Assembly (NCBI GenBank): GCA_036172245.1
Contig: JAYWIR010000004.1
Location: 5,580,001 to 5,644,000 of the forward strand
Source: Raillietiella orientalis
Lineage: Eukaryota
Length of the DNA: 64,000 nt
Reading direction: 5' to 3'
Both the position numbers and the translations under genes were made by a program. Of this stretch, positions 1 through 14,044 are shown piece after piece; the first letter of the stretch is position 1; every line of letters begins with the position of its first letter. Under the pieces are notes generated by a model that saw nothing but the letters and a program-made list of their open reading frames with translations, had not been told where the DNA came from and did no database searches.

Positions 1-1612
1 TACTGCAATGCCATTGGTTGAAGTAATCAAAACAGCCAACATGTTCACTTTGGCAGCCACTCTATGGAATATTCTCGAAAATCTACTTTTAATAGCTAAA
101 TATCGCCAGTATCCAAAAGCTTCCATTAAACAATTACATAGAAGCATTTAGCTAATCCAGGTTTATCCATGAATTGACAGGTATTATTCGCCATTCGCAG
201 CATATGTAAAGGTATGAAAGACAATGCAAGCTTCTCATAACGAATACTTTCCAGAGCCCAAGGCAACTTTGTCTTCCCTTCCGTATCCAAAGCCAGATAA
301 GAAAGTTTCATTAATCGTTTAACTCACCTCGCTGAATCAAGATATTACCACCGCACGTTTTCGAAGTAGGCCTGCTTTTTGTTCACATCATCATTGGAAA
401 AATTGCTTTCTTTAGGAACACCATGTTCCATAGAGGGAACAGCTATAGTTTAAGCATAGGCCAAGCATAACTGTACTCTCCCCTCTAAGTCGCGAAACGA
501 AGCATCTCGAAGCATCTGTTTTCAGGAAAGCTGATTACTAAGACATGAATTTAAAAAAAAAAAAAAAAAATGCCTGATTTTGAGATTATTTGATCCGAAT
601 AGCGAAAATTTCAATATCGTAATTTTTCTTCTGTTGAAACTTCTGCATGTTGTGAACTTAAGACACTTTTTTGTTGAGTCTCATTTTAGTTGCGAAACGA
701 TTAATGGTTAATAAATAATCATTGAGTAACAAGCCACAAAAATGCTTCAGATGGATCTCATACTCGATGATTTCACTTTATTCAAGACCGTATTCATCAA
801 ACAAATTCATATCTTTAATGGGGAAATACGAGCCTTGATTATCGGGATATGAATTCACAATGCATGGAACTATGGTTTGCGATCAAAAAAAAAAATAATA
901 TTTGAGACTATTTCGATATTTATCTCAAGGAGTTTTGTTTGTTTGAAAAAAAAAAAAAAGGCAGTTCTTAAAAAAAAGATATTTCCTTGTTATCGTTGTT
1001 CTAATTTACATCCCAAGATCTTAAACTAAAATGAACGAACTAACATTTCGTTAGAAAGGTTTAAGAATAATAAAATTCACAGTGATAATAAATAAAATAT
1101 AAATTGAAAAATCACACAGAAATTTGTCATTGAAGTTTCGATTGATTTCCCATTTAATTTGCTCCTATAATACGAAAACTATTTTTGTAAAAAAAAAAAA
1201 AAAAAAAAAAAATAGTGATCATTGTAATCAGAAAGATTTGCGTAATTCTTGTAAAATCATTCCAATGCTCAATAACCTTTCCAATTATTTGTTGAATCCA
1301 AGCAATCAAAATACGTGTATGAAAAATGAAATATTTTTCAGCATGATTTCATGGGTGTAGAAAATTCAGCCTGTAGAAAATCCAACGAGTTCCCTGTCCA
1401 TCGCGTTATCCTTCACAGTTGCAAAAACATTTAATAATTTTTATAGCAAAGGTATAAATTAACCAAAGTGTAGTTGTAGCTCTGTATAGTAAGAAAGGCC
1501 GTCGTAGTAAGGCGGAAAGGCTTTTAACGTTCCTGCAATTTGGTCTAGGTACAACTGAAGACCTAAACTCGTAGCCACGGAATTCAAGACATTTTATTAA
1601 TCTCGTGTAGGC

Positions 1613-1613
<1 letters not shown>

Positions 1614-1643
<30 letters not shown>
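1614..1643 (+). repeat. (CAA)10 microsatellite
   Basis: Direct reading. Confidence 0.95.
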
Positions 1644-1644
<1 letters not shown>

Positions 1645-2635
1645 CAAAGCGATTAAGTAATTGTGCTTTAGGATACTGTGAGTCCTCCATTTTTGAGTGA
1701 TTGTAAAATGTAGTAGTTAAACTGGAAGTATGTCTCCGTCTGCGTTGTAAGTTTGTAAGAAAATGCGAAAAAACAAATGCTACTATGTGAAGCGGAACTG
1801 TATGTGTGGGTATTCAGTAGAAGTTGGTATTCATTTAATGGTAATGGAGATGTATAAAATTTCATGAACAATACAAGTAACACGATTGCGTATCTGTAGA
1901 CGGTAATTGGCAGCTGTCAGACAGTAGTGTTTGGCATTCCATAAATTTGGGCCATTAGAGTTTCATGGAAGAATTACTGTGATTTAATTACTAGTGGTCG
2001 AAGTTGAACACTTGAGCGCCCTTATACTGACTTTTCGTGTATTTACATGCTTGCATTACGGATTTCCGTGTGTATTAAAGTTTGTAAATGCAAATGTTGA
2101 ATCTGAAGTGATGTACAAATATTGAAAATGATTAGTTGAAGTAATCCAATATTGATCCTCCCAAATTTAATTGTGAATTGTAAATCACAGTGCCTTTACT
2201 ATTCTTAGCAGTATGTTTGCAGTTCATCCTGTGCCTTCCTCCAAGAATGCATGTTATGCAATAATTTAGGAATAGATTTGAAGGATACATATTGTTTTAG
2301 TAACCACCAAAACGGTCGAATTGAGAGTTGAGATTTGATGTTCATGAATGCAAGAAGTGAAAGTAATTTGTTCGATATGTCATTTCATTAAGAGATTCAG
2401 TGTACTACTGATGGAATGTTACTAATTATTGTTGTAACATAGATTTACGAAGTAATTATTGTTTAGAAATTGCCTTGTTGAGAAATTATTCATTATACAA
2501 ATCAAGCTGAGTTTTTGTGTCCATGTTTCATAATTCAGATCTCCCTTGGAATTCTATGGTAGTACATGTACATTCATATCTAGTGCATTCCCATGTGTGA
2601 TCTGCAAACCCCTAACTGGACGTGTCAAGGAAGAA

Positions 2636-5030
2636 ATGGCCTGTTTCAATAGTTTAAAACAAGAGATTAGAGTGCTAGAGAATGTGTTTCCCAAAACCCA
2701 CGATACTTTCCAGGTTGTGTGTGCCAGCGTGGATGAACTCACTTGTTGCTTTATTGGCAAAGGTGGTAAATGCTACGATATACATGCCAACATCACAGTA
2801 AGTCCCAACAAAGAATTTTAATTGTGCAAAGGAATAATTTTCGATTACTAATAATGGCTAATTTTCAATTACTCTTCTTGGAGTGAAATAGCATGTTCAT
2901 GCATGCTGAAAAAAGAAAAAGGTTCATTTAACATTTTTCTTTGTTTTTGTTTGCTTCCTTAACATCTTTATTATCCTTGTAGTTTGCAATGTGCTTAGAA
3001 ACTCATTCCAATTAGAATAATCAATTTACTTGTTTTATTGTATACTCTTGCATGTTATCAGGTTCGTGCATTTTCAAAAGGTGGATCCTTAATGCATTCT
3101 TGCGTTTGCCTCTTCATTCAATGCTGCATTCCTGTTAAAAATGAGTTTGATACCAAGGAATTTATTTGGTTTTCTTTCATTGCAATTTACGCATTTGATT
3201 TGCTTAATGTTTTTTTAGGAAGCAGCGTTTTTCTTAAAGATTCTCTCATGAAAATGATTGGACTGCGTTTTTTTTTTTGTTTTTTTTTATTTCATTGCAC
3301 TTAAATCAGTTTTGCACATGGTCTACCTTGTGGAATGCTAGAAAAAATAAAGAAAAAGCATTTACTTTGTCTGCATTTGTTTTCACTGCAATTTTTTTTT
3401 TTGAAAAGAGTAAAGATTCATTCAGTATTCGTTTTGAAAATTGTAATAGCTGGTTATGTCTGATTTAGTTTGATTGGTTCACCTGTAACCATTCATAATT
3501 GCACTCAGGATTCTGAATCAAATTTCCCATCCTATGTCTCCAGTTTTTTTATCTTATGATTATGAATGATGAAATGGACAAGATGTTGTGTTGCCAAATT
3601 GCCTGAATACTTTCATACAGGAATTGTCCAGTGTTCCCACTTCTTGTTTTCAGGAAACATACCCAACTATGCCTCCTGTATGGTTTGCAGATTGTGACGA
3701 CACAACAATCTCTAATGTCCTGCAGCTGTTGAGTTGTACATCTGGTCAGGAAAATCATGTAAATAGCATGTTGGTTAGTGTTGTTAATCCTCAACATTGT
3801 TTTGCAGGTGGCCCATCAGGTATATATTTTAGTACGAGAACTCTGTAAGGTGCACAATGTTAATGAGCCTCCTGATCTGGAGTCATTGCTTCAGTCTCCA
3901 AGGTTCGATCCTCATGTAGCTGGCAATCCTCTATCAACAATGGAAGGATCCAGTCTAGAGTCAGAAGAGGAAGAGGAAACTGATGATGCAGAATTGACTT
4001 TAGACCTGGATGAAGATACTCCTTCAGTCAGTAGCAGAAATAATGTGAGTGAGGAGAGTTCTCAAATCAATAGAATAATTTAGCTGGATGATATGGCATT
4101 TGAGAATTTTGTGACTTTGGAGAGGTTACGCCAGCATCAGCATCAGAATTATCTTCAAGGATCCATGTCAGGTTCAATCCAAGCCACTGATCGCCTTATG
4201 AAGGAGTTGAGAGACATCTATCGCTCAGAGAGCTTCAAGAAAGGTCAGCTGATGTCATGATTCCTGTGGTGCTGATTCTCTGGATGGGAGCATAGGATTT
4301 TATTTGGTGGATCCTGTTGGTGACTGTATTTATGAATGGAATGTACGCTTGAAGGCTGTGGACTCGGATTCTCCTCTACATGGAGATCTGCTGCTCCTCC
4401 AAGAAAGGGAAGGCAAAGATTTCATTTTACTTAATATGATTTTCAAGGTAAGTTAAGTGATCTTTGGGAGGAAAGAAGTCAACCATTAATTATATGGTTG
4501 TTGATACATCCTCCCAATATTGATTCTTCCCAGTGAACATTCAGCATTGGCTAAGCTTGACTTGCTGGCTACTACTGGGCATACAGTTTCATTTATCATG
4601 AAATAATTACTGATATAAGAGCATTGCTTTTTTGTAGGAAACGTATCCATTTGATCCTCCCTTTGTTCGTGTTGTACATCCACTAATCTCAGGAGGTTAT
4701 GTGCTAAGTGGTGGTGCAATTTGTATGGAGCTTCTTACAAAACAGGGATGGAGTTCTGCTTATACAATTGAAGCCATCATCATGCAGATTGCTGCTACAT
4801 TGGTTAAGGGGAAAGCACGTATTCAGTTTGGTCCTTCAAAAGTAAGGTGTTTCCTGGTTGCTATTTGATCCCATGTAGTTGCCTAGGGACAATATAGTCT
4901 GGTACGGGCACAGCAAACTTACAAGTCTCTGGTGCAAGTACATGAAAAAAACGGTCAGTATTATTGTAGGTTTTATTTTTATCAATCTTCGATGATAGGC
5001 TGGTATACACCACCCAAAGAGGATGGTTGA
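2636..5030 (+). CDS. UBE2Q: Ubiquitin-conjugating enzyme E2 Q family (RWD domain + acidic linker + UBC domain), 8 coding exons, 372 aa
   Basis: Exons 2636-2797, 3654-3758, 3808-4044, 4084-4243, 4296-4447, 4638-4841, 4887-4953, 4999-5030 join through GT-AG introns into one open frame (1119 nt). Motifs: [15 protein letters not shown]...[46 protein letters not shown]...[18 protein letters not shown] (catalytic Cys), C-terminus [20 protein letters not shown] at 5091-5096. Confidence 0.96.
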
Positions 5031-8000
5031 CAATTTATTGACTCCACAGCAACCTTACTTCAGGAAGTGGCAATTATTTTCTTGAGACGAAATAAATTAA
5101 ATGTTTATGCAAATCCCTCACTCAAGTTTTCTGTTTTCCCAGTTAGCTGTTTCTTGCTCATTAATTGTATGTGGAAGAGCATGATAAGTGTTTTTCACTT
5201 TTAACAACTGTACTTATTATTAAATCTGAAGATTGTAAAAGTTAGCAACATGGCAGTCAAAAACATCAAGACAAGAGTGGTGCCCGGCTGCGTACTTCTA
5301 AGTGCACTGTTCAAAAAAACATCAAAGATGCACATCCTGACTGCTTAGGTTTTCAAATTGGTCAATAACCTTTAAAGAAATTGGAGTTGGACAGCATATA
5401 TCCCTTAACAATATAATATACCCTGCAAAAGAATTCCAAGTAAAAATGAATTGTTTGCATTTAGTAAACAAGCTTCTGGTGCTCTAGGTGTAGAAGCAAA
5501 AGTTTGCATTCTTGTCGAGAATTGACAAAGCCTACAAGTTATGCTTGACTGCATTCCCTGTTCCGCAAAACTGGAAAAGCTTTAATGTTGTCGTGTACTT
5601 TATCTAAACAGCCTTCCATTTGGTTTACTCCAAGCACATGGTATTCATTGGCGTAGTTTTCATCTATATTTATTTTGAGGAAAAGTTATAATGGCACTTT
5701 TTATTGACACGTACAATTTCATTTGATGTGAGATCAAACACTTTGTGTATGCCTTTGTATCTTGAATTTATTTACCAAGTCATCTGAAAAGTGATAAAAT
5801 GCTGAAGATTTAAGAAGAGATCTTTTTAAGTGTTCGATTCTGAATGTGTTTCTGCGCGAATCAGATTTCTGCAAATCTTTTGACTTTGGGTAAGAATGTT
5901 GTGAAGGAGGAGTATGTCGTAACGGAACACTTAAATTCAATGCAAATCGATATCTGCAAAGAAGTGTGCTGACATTTTAACAGATATGCCATATTTTGAA
6001 TCAGTTTCGACTTCCGTTTAGTACAGGCTAATCTATTTCGATAAAATGTTTGTGCTTCTTTGAGTGTGTTTTATTAACTCTCAGCGTCCAGCGTTATATC
6101 AGTTGGCCAATTTTTGACCCAAATGGCATTTAACATACTTTCCCTTATTATGGAAGAATCCACTTTTCAATAGCGCATAATTCCGAACCCTTTTTTTTTT
6201 TGTTTAATGTAACCGACCTACATGTCGACGCCAAAGAAAGGCATGCGTAAGTCCGACATTGCAAAAAATGGAATTGCGGCTATCGTGAATTTCACTCCTG
6301 TGGTGGATAGCCTGACTGAGGAAACGCGTAGAACGAAACTGAGGCATTTGGAAAGCCGCTATCAAATGTCCAATCAATTACACAAGTGAAAAATAACTGC
6401 CAGCTTCCCAAGCAAAGGAAAATTCTCTGATGAAATTATTTTTGAATGCCCGGGGATCAAAAAAAAAAAAAACTCTTATTTTTGTTTTATTAAATCGTAA
6501 GCTTTATTAGGCTCACCAAACGAGAAATATTTTCGTAAGGAGACTACCTGCAGTTCACCAGGTCAGTTTGTGCAAATAAGACAAAGGCAGCAGTGTTAAA
6601 GTGAGAGCAAGCAGCCCGTTCTCAGTATATTTGTAGGCATAACGAAGTTCAGTAATGCAAGTGATTTCCAATATTTTCAAATTCAGGTATGGGAGTTGAT
6701 AACGCTGCCGTTATCATAAAGCCTCAGCCTCAGCTCAATGCTCCCCCCTTCGTCCCCCCCACCCACCCAAAAGATAAAAACGGAACGGCACTTCCAAGCG
6801 GACCACGTTGGTCTAAAGAGCCCCTAACCAAAGCTGAACCACGGACTTCGTGGGCGCTGCAATACGGGCCATGCGTTGCATTGCATTCAGCATGGCCGAA
6901 ATAAATGCATGCGTGGTGGTCTGGGAGTTGTGGCCATCCTTACTTTCGGAAAAGCACGACTGCTTGCTTATGCAATTGGCTGTGTCCTCGGAAGAGAAGT
7001 CTTCTTGCTTCGTCTCGGGGGGGCATCAGCAGACTGAAATGAAAGGAGTCTCGCATTATGCATCGCGGATGCGTCAAAGATGAAAGGCAGCACGTTGATC
7101 AACAACTGCATCTTAAGCTTGTGAAGAAACAACGAAATGCTGTAAGGTAATTTCTGAAACCAGTGGACGAACGAACTTTTTTTACGTGATAAGACTATCT
7201 TTAATTTAAGGTAATTTAATTTAAGGGAAGCACATCATTTCAAATACGCTGCAATGAAGGAAAGTAAGTGCTCCTACTAAAAACTACCGGAATTCACTTA
7301 CAGGATTAACATTACAAAATTAAAATACGACAAATTGGTGTGGATAAAGCCTGCAGGATCTGATTCGATTCAAGAGTTCGACATGTGTGCAATTTGGGTG
7401 TTAAAGAATGCACGCACGTATGCATGTAAGTGAATCAACGAGATGGTTAAAAGAGAATGAGACAGAAGCCAAATTCAACACTGCGTATGGAACGAGGAAA
7501 AGAGAAAGATCAGAAACACCAGAAGACAAGTCACGAAAGATAGTGTGTCAGCTTTGCCATGATCTGATGGATGCTACGGGACCAACGAAACTATGCAACA
7601 GTCAGAATCACTATTCTGGAGGAAAATAACAGCCGTTCGTCATTATGTGAGTGAAGATTCAGGAATTTACCTTTTTCCCCCTCTCTCTTGGTATTAGGAC
7701 TAATGAAATCGAAAACTTCCTATCCCCATCTCTATAATCCACTGGTCTAATTGATAGACGAACCATATGACTTTTGGGTAAGGACAGAAGAACAGAGGAT
7801 TCCTCACGATTCTTCTATCCTTTGAGATTCGTTCCTCCAGGTAGCAAAAGGAGTATTTCTCCATTATTTCAGCAACAAAAAGAAAAACAAAAAAAAAACA
7901 TCAAGCATGTTGCATCCCCGAGTTTTTAAATCTCAAGATGCAGTTTTCCAAACTTTTTGCACCGACTCTTATGCGAACTGATTTCCTCATCAGAGTCTTT

Positions 8001-8559
8001 CATGCAAGATTAATTCCTAGATATATTTTCTTGGTTCCTAGGCACCTCCAGGAAGTTTGGATCATCTTGAGAGAAAATATCTTCGATCCCCTAAGGAAAT
8101 TTTTTCGGCTATTCGAATTCAAATCAGAATTCAACTTTAATTCAAATTCAGCTTTATCTACTGCAAACGAGATAATTAATTAGGTGTAATCGAGAGAATT
8201 GAATAACGAAAAGTCGTTTTTTCAATCATATTTTTTCTATCTGTTTTTGTCAGAAAAAGGGTGGTGGAGACGGATATATATTTTTGATAATCCTATCCAT
8301 CCATTTTAATAATCACTTCTCTTCCCTTTTACTCTACGGAGAAACTCACTATTCAAAGAAACTGCCAGCAAATAACCCTGAAATCTGATTTATCTCTACA
8401 AAGATTGTCCGCGGAAACTGAAGAATGGCAAAAACTGTACCGAACAAAATTTAAAAGTATTGTATTTTTCCTTTTCTTCTTTTAATCCAGATACTGAGCT
8501 CACAATATGGAAATCAAGAAGCTCGTGCCCATCAAAGTTTGACCGGGAACAAGCTGATT

Positions 8560-9760
8560 TCGTATTTCTACTTCCGAAGGCTTCGTCTTCTACATCGCAA
8601 CGGATTCCGGAATGTTAATCGGGTCTGTTTCGGCAAATCCACACATTCATCTTCGCTGCTCAGGATCGTTTCTTTCAAGCTGGCCCAAAGTTCTCGAATC
8701 CGGGAAATTATGCATGCATTTCACATTTGCACACACCCATACATTCTTTGGCAGTCTCGTACGTATCTCACGCTGCAATTCGAATCTCATCCTCTTACAG
8801 AGCTTCAATGAGGCCAACTTATCTGAGCCCTGTTTCCATGTTCATCCTTCTGTAAGTGTATTTGGTAGTTCCTAGTAAGACGTTGTGGGACACTACGTTC
8901 CCTCACACCGGCCTGTCTGAAGCATTGGAACGTGAGCACTTTAAAATTTTCCCATCAGAAATACACTTGATAGCTGCTAGCGGACTACCACTTCTATGAG
9001 TTCTGAATTCAAAGCCGTTTGTCTTTCTCGAGTTGCCGTTGAATTTTGAATTAGTTGAACGACCTTCAGTACTACTGAAAATTGCACAGATCTCGATGCT
9101 GCGAATATTATGTTCACAATTTTCTAGATATCCGTTCTTTTTTCTTTCTTCCCTGCTAATTCATTGCGGGAGCAACTACGACGACCGCAAAGCCTTCAGG
9201 CACCAGCATCTGTGGATCGAGCTCCCATGTTATGCCTTAAAACTCAAATTACTCCCTAGAGCTGAAACCTGTTTTGGAGAAGTTTCGAATATATCAACCT
9301 TATCCAAAGAATCCCGCAAAGCAGTCATCAGGAACACACTTCAGCTCATGAAGTCATTAATTCCCAGCCAATGGTACGAAAGTCGTTGGTTAACCAAAGC
9401 TCATTCCCAGGAAACATTTGAGTTTGAGGAAAATGAAACTGAGAATCAGTGAACTTGATAAAAGTTTTGCTTTGTTTTTTTAAAAAAGGCAACCTCACAA
9501 TGAGTAAATTTGATGTGATTTTATTGAGTTCCTTTTTAAGCAGTGCCATCTTAAACAAACATTCATTTTGTTCGAGCTCCAACTTCGCAATACTTTGGAA
9601 TGTTCATCCCTTAAAAGCGCCGCGAAACTGACTCTCCCAAAGCCTGAAGATAAGTACGTCTGCCATAATCAAAATCATAGTCCTTCACAGTGGTCAGATG
9701 ATGGCCAAGTCTGAAGTACTTTCAATGTTGAGGATGCCCATTCTCGAGATCAGCTTATCC
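8560..9760 (-). mobile_element. Highly decayed RTE-like LINE fragment (endonuclease/linker region)
   Basis: Minus-strand ELWASLKETILSSEDECV resembles the post-endonuclease W..LK..I linker of RTE/CR1-type ORF2. Boundaries are approximate. Confidence 0.35.
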
Positions 9761-9949
9761 ATGAATTCCACCAGCTTTGAGATGATTTACCTATCATCTC
9801 GCTTTCCCTGCTAATGTGTCTCCAGAATTTCATCCGATGGATTTCATTGCCTCCGACAAACCTCAGATCAAAGTGATAAGCGGAAAGGATGTATCCGAGA
9901 AATTGTCATTATTTAACTTTCGAATGCTGCTTCGGTCCGAAATCCTTTG

Positions 9950-10900
9950 AACTGATGCAAGGAAACGCAATTTTTTGAAGAAAGAAGGCATCCAAAGTGC
10001 AGATAAGAAGTAGCTACTCTTTTGCAACGAACCCAAAAGCATTGAAAGAAGGCTGTGAGCGTAAAATTCATAAAATCAGCTTTTACAAGAATTGATGAAC
10101 GGAAAAACCAGAGCACAAGAAAACGAAACACATTCCGAAGGAAAAAGTCACAGGGACAGTAAAATAGGAAACAAACCAAATCCGAAGCCAACAACCCAAA
10201 AAAAAGGGAACACCAATACCCGGGAATACCCGCCAAATAATGGGAACTTGCCTCCACGAAGCACTGTAAGCTACCAAACTACCCACAGGAGAGCGGAACG
10301 GAGAGCTCCAGCTGAGGGAGGAAGGTACCAAATATGAATCTTCTCCACTTTGTTTTGCAAAGACAGTCCTCAGGGTATCCATAAGTAGCGTCCGGAGAAT
10401 GCGAAAGGAAGAATTCAAGGTCCTGAAAGAAAGAAGCAAGGCACAGGATGAGCTGGGATCCAGACATATCAACCAGCCAGTCGAGTTCAGCATCGTAAAA
10501 TCAGTTGAGAATTTGAATTACAGCTAGTCGAGTAAGTACTTTAACAGATTCGGAAGCTGGAATCTTCTCCATGGAGTAATAAATAATGACTTGGGTACTG
10601 ATCGCACGGTGCAGTTCCCGAAAAAATTTGCACTTCATCTTATAATTAAGAAAAATACTCCTGAAAAAAGCAAGAATCCTACACCTTGTGATTTCGAGCA
10701 TAACATATATATTACTCGCTATGGAACGAGAGTAGATATGCGCATAAACAGAGGAATAGTAACTACAAATGCAGATACATCTGGTAAACATAAAATAATC
10801 TTAAGCACCAAGCAGTGTAAACTTGCAAAATGTAAATCCCCGCCTCAAAAGAGGAAAGAAGGAAGATTTCGGAAATGTACGCCGGCAAACTTGCAAGAAA
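9950..10900 (+). mobile_element. Highly decayed RTE-like LINE reverse-transcriptase fragment
   Basis: Ordered broken motifs TFRRKKSQ (GFR..RS), GIPAK, SPLCF (LSP.LF), VKSVENLNY (E.V..F.YLG), RYGT (LYG.E). Boundaries are approximate. Confidence 0.35.
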
Positions 10901-13900
10901 CGATAATCTGCCGCGATTTCTTTAATATAAAATTATCGAAACATGCTGTGAGTCCATTCAGAATCCTATCAAACGCCATCATGGCTCAGGACATTCGCGC
11001 TCACAACTTTCCATTCTCCTAGAATTATGTGGAATGAAACGAGAATGTTCCAGGGAACTTTAGGCGCTGGCTTGGAGCACTCCAAGTTTCGAAATCACAA
11101 ATATATTATCGTTCCAGGCTGACGAATCGACTTGGGAACATGTACAAATTTCGTATACGGGGTGCTGTACGGTTCACGTTGACGAGCTTCCTGCTGAAGT
11201 CCGCAGCATAGCGAACAAATGGCACCTTCCAGTGCGTAATACAACACCTCCTGAGGACTCCATCAAAGCAAAAGAAAAATGCCACTGATTGCGGGGGGGG
11301 GGGGGCACCACACGCCCTAATATAAATTATAGGAAGTCCCTGGGAAGCACGGAAATTCTGACTTCTCACGACTGCCCATGAAACCAGCATAAAATATTTT
11401 CGGCGTCCAGATTGGCTCAGAAGGGAATGTATTACTGGTCATAACACACTGTCCGGATTAAGGTGGAGAGAGAGAGAGAAAAAATCATTCCTGATTTGCT
11501 GATTGCAATGAATTGCTAAGATATCAACCCAGAAATCGTTACACCAAAAAAATACACTCCTGAGAGACAGAAAGCACCACAATGTCATTGCATCTGGTGG
11601 CTTTTGGAGTGCTCGGCTTTAGGTTGTCCGGTGAAAACTTTGAAAGCAAGATGTGACAACAAAAAATTTATCCAAATCGAAATTCCACTCTTATTACTTG
11701 GACTCATTTAGTTGAGGCTCATAAAGTGAAGCATCATCTAAGTAGCTGACCAACACAGAATAAGCAATGCAACGTTCCTTGGATTCGAATGCACATTCAA
11801 ATGATCAAATAAAACTTTGCTCTGAGTACTGAAGCTGCAATGTAGATCAGGAGAGCGGCAGATACTTCTCGATTGGTATTACCTAATGTTTCCGTGTTGC
11901 CTGCACGTCAGCTTTCCTCGAATTGCAGTCAGATCCAAGACGACCACGAAATCATTTTGTCACGTGGCAATCCAACTTTCCTTTATTGCTCCTTCTGAAG
12001 TGATCTCCCCTAATATCCGTGAAATTTCTTAGCTGCCGACCTTAGGTCAGTCCTAGCACACCATAAGGAGAGAAAAAGTTTTTTTCCAGTCAACATACCA
12101 TTCCTTTTTTTTTTTCTTCCCCACCTGACCTATGAGAAAAGGACATCTGAAGCGCAAAGTGCTGAATGCAATAAGGGCCATTCTGCGGCTGTTTCTCTCC
12201 CGGGACGAGCCAAACCAACGACGCGGAAACTGCCTGTTCGGCTATTTGCGATGACACTGTGAAATTCCACATTTCACATGGAAAGTTGATGACGATGCCC
12301 CCGGCATCGTGCAGCAAGGCCTTGTTTGCACGAGTCGGGGTCTCCCAACGTACCGCAAACAGCGCAATGCCGTCCTGACTTGCAGGCGTGTCACTTGCGT
12401 GCTGGGTAGGCACGCAATTGGGCTCAAAACAAGTAATTTGACAAGTACGGGCCGAAGACAAGCTACAGGATACCCACATTGGAATGATGCAGAAATGGTA
12501 TTTGAAAAAAATCAGAAATAAATTTCTGGACAAGAAATGCTGTATAGTGAACCATCAAAAAAAAAAGCACTATGAAACTTTTAAAACGATACCATGCTTC
12601 CGGTTAGTACAATAACACACGCCATGTGTTCACAGGAACATAAAAAAACTTCTGGAAATTCGGAGAAAATCGGAAAAGTGCTACATGAAGAAACAACGAA
12701 CAATCTCACAGGAAAACTCACATCGACAAATTCATACCTGAAAAATAAATCAAGTGGTTTACTTATTGTTCATAAATTTTTTCCAATATATTCCGACCAG
12801 AAATGAGCAATAACCGCGTATGCTGAGAATGTGAAAAAACATCATGAAGCGTCAAAAGTTTCAACTACAGGTTATCCAAAAATCAGCAATACACCAGAGC
12901 AGTAAACATCAAAAGCTGATATACTAATGTTGATAATCTTTACGATCTTGTACATGATTGATATGTACTTATACTTTTAAGCATACTTTATAATCGGAAC
13001 AAACGTTTCAATACGCTGTACAAAAAAAAATACGTTTCACTCCCTAACAGTCCAAAGTCTAGCATGTAATGTAGTTCAAAACAATAACACAGAAACTCAA
13101 TAGCTTCAATTTGAGCAGTATGGTGCGATTTCTATGTATGTATGTACACATAGAATTCAGACAGCTTTCCTGCATTTCAGAATGTTCCAACCATTATTTA
13201 CCTTTAACTGAAAGCCAGTTGATTATTTACGATTATTTCAGTAAGTCTTGCCTTCAGTCTATGCTTTTAAGGATACATATGGAAAAACATGTTCAAATGT
13301 AATGTCGCTCATGCTTATTTTGGATAGGACGTCATGGTACCAAGGTAGCCTTAAACATATCTCTAATTTATATTACTTTAACTGTTTACATCAGTTTTTC
13401 TCAGGAAGATCACAAGGTATTTCACTACCACTGGAACTTTAAAATTTCCTATTGAATAACAGATTCAAATTTAAGTTTGATAATCTTTTCAAAAATGAAC
13501 TTTCCAAAAAAAGAAAAATCAAGTGTACCAAATAATTTTTATTAACTTACTTGTTACAACAGCAATTCATACTACTTATAATCAATTCCAGGCGTAGTAA
13601 GCAAATTATCATTATATTTGGTGTGTTCTAAACCCAAAAAACTTACTACAACAAATCTCATTAAAAAAATTGCTTATTGCGGAATTCAGCAACTTCAGAA
13701 AAATACAAGTCATTAGCTTACTGTATACATTATCAAAAAGTATAATGAATAAATATAAATAATCTTTGTGCTAACCCATTCCGACCCACCTGCAAAAACA
13801 AAAATGCACACACACAAAAAAACAGAATCTCCAAAGAAATGCATATTTATCAGGGCTTTTTAATAGGTTTTTGGAAAATTGCGCATACAGACAAAAGGAA

Positions 13901-14044
13901 TCACTAGTGTTGGGTGCTGAATGCAGAAACCACTATGTTGTACGCCTTTCATTTTTTTATTACTGTTGGTCATTTCCACAAGATGCTGAGAAATCACACA
14001 CATGATGGAACTGCATGCAACATTGTGTCGTGCCCTTTCTTTCC

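Noticed and set aside
126..430. Minus-strand coding exon of a divergent gene (GAG|GTGAGT donor near 327)
   Set aside because: ATG-initiated frames stop before the donor and no homology is recognised; at most a non-coding exon.
1406..1690. Poly-Cys ORF
   Set aside because: Translation artefact of the (CAA)10 microsatellite.
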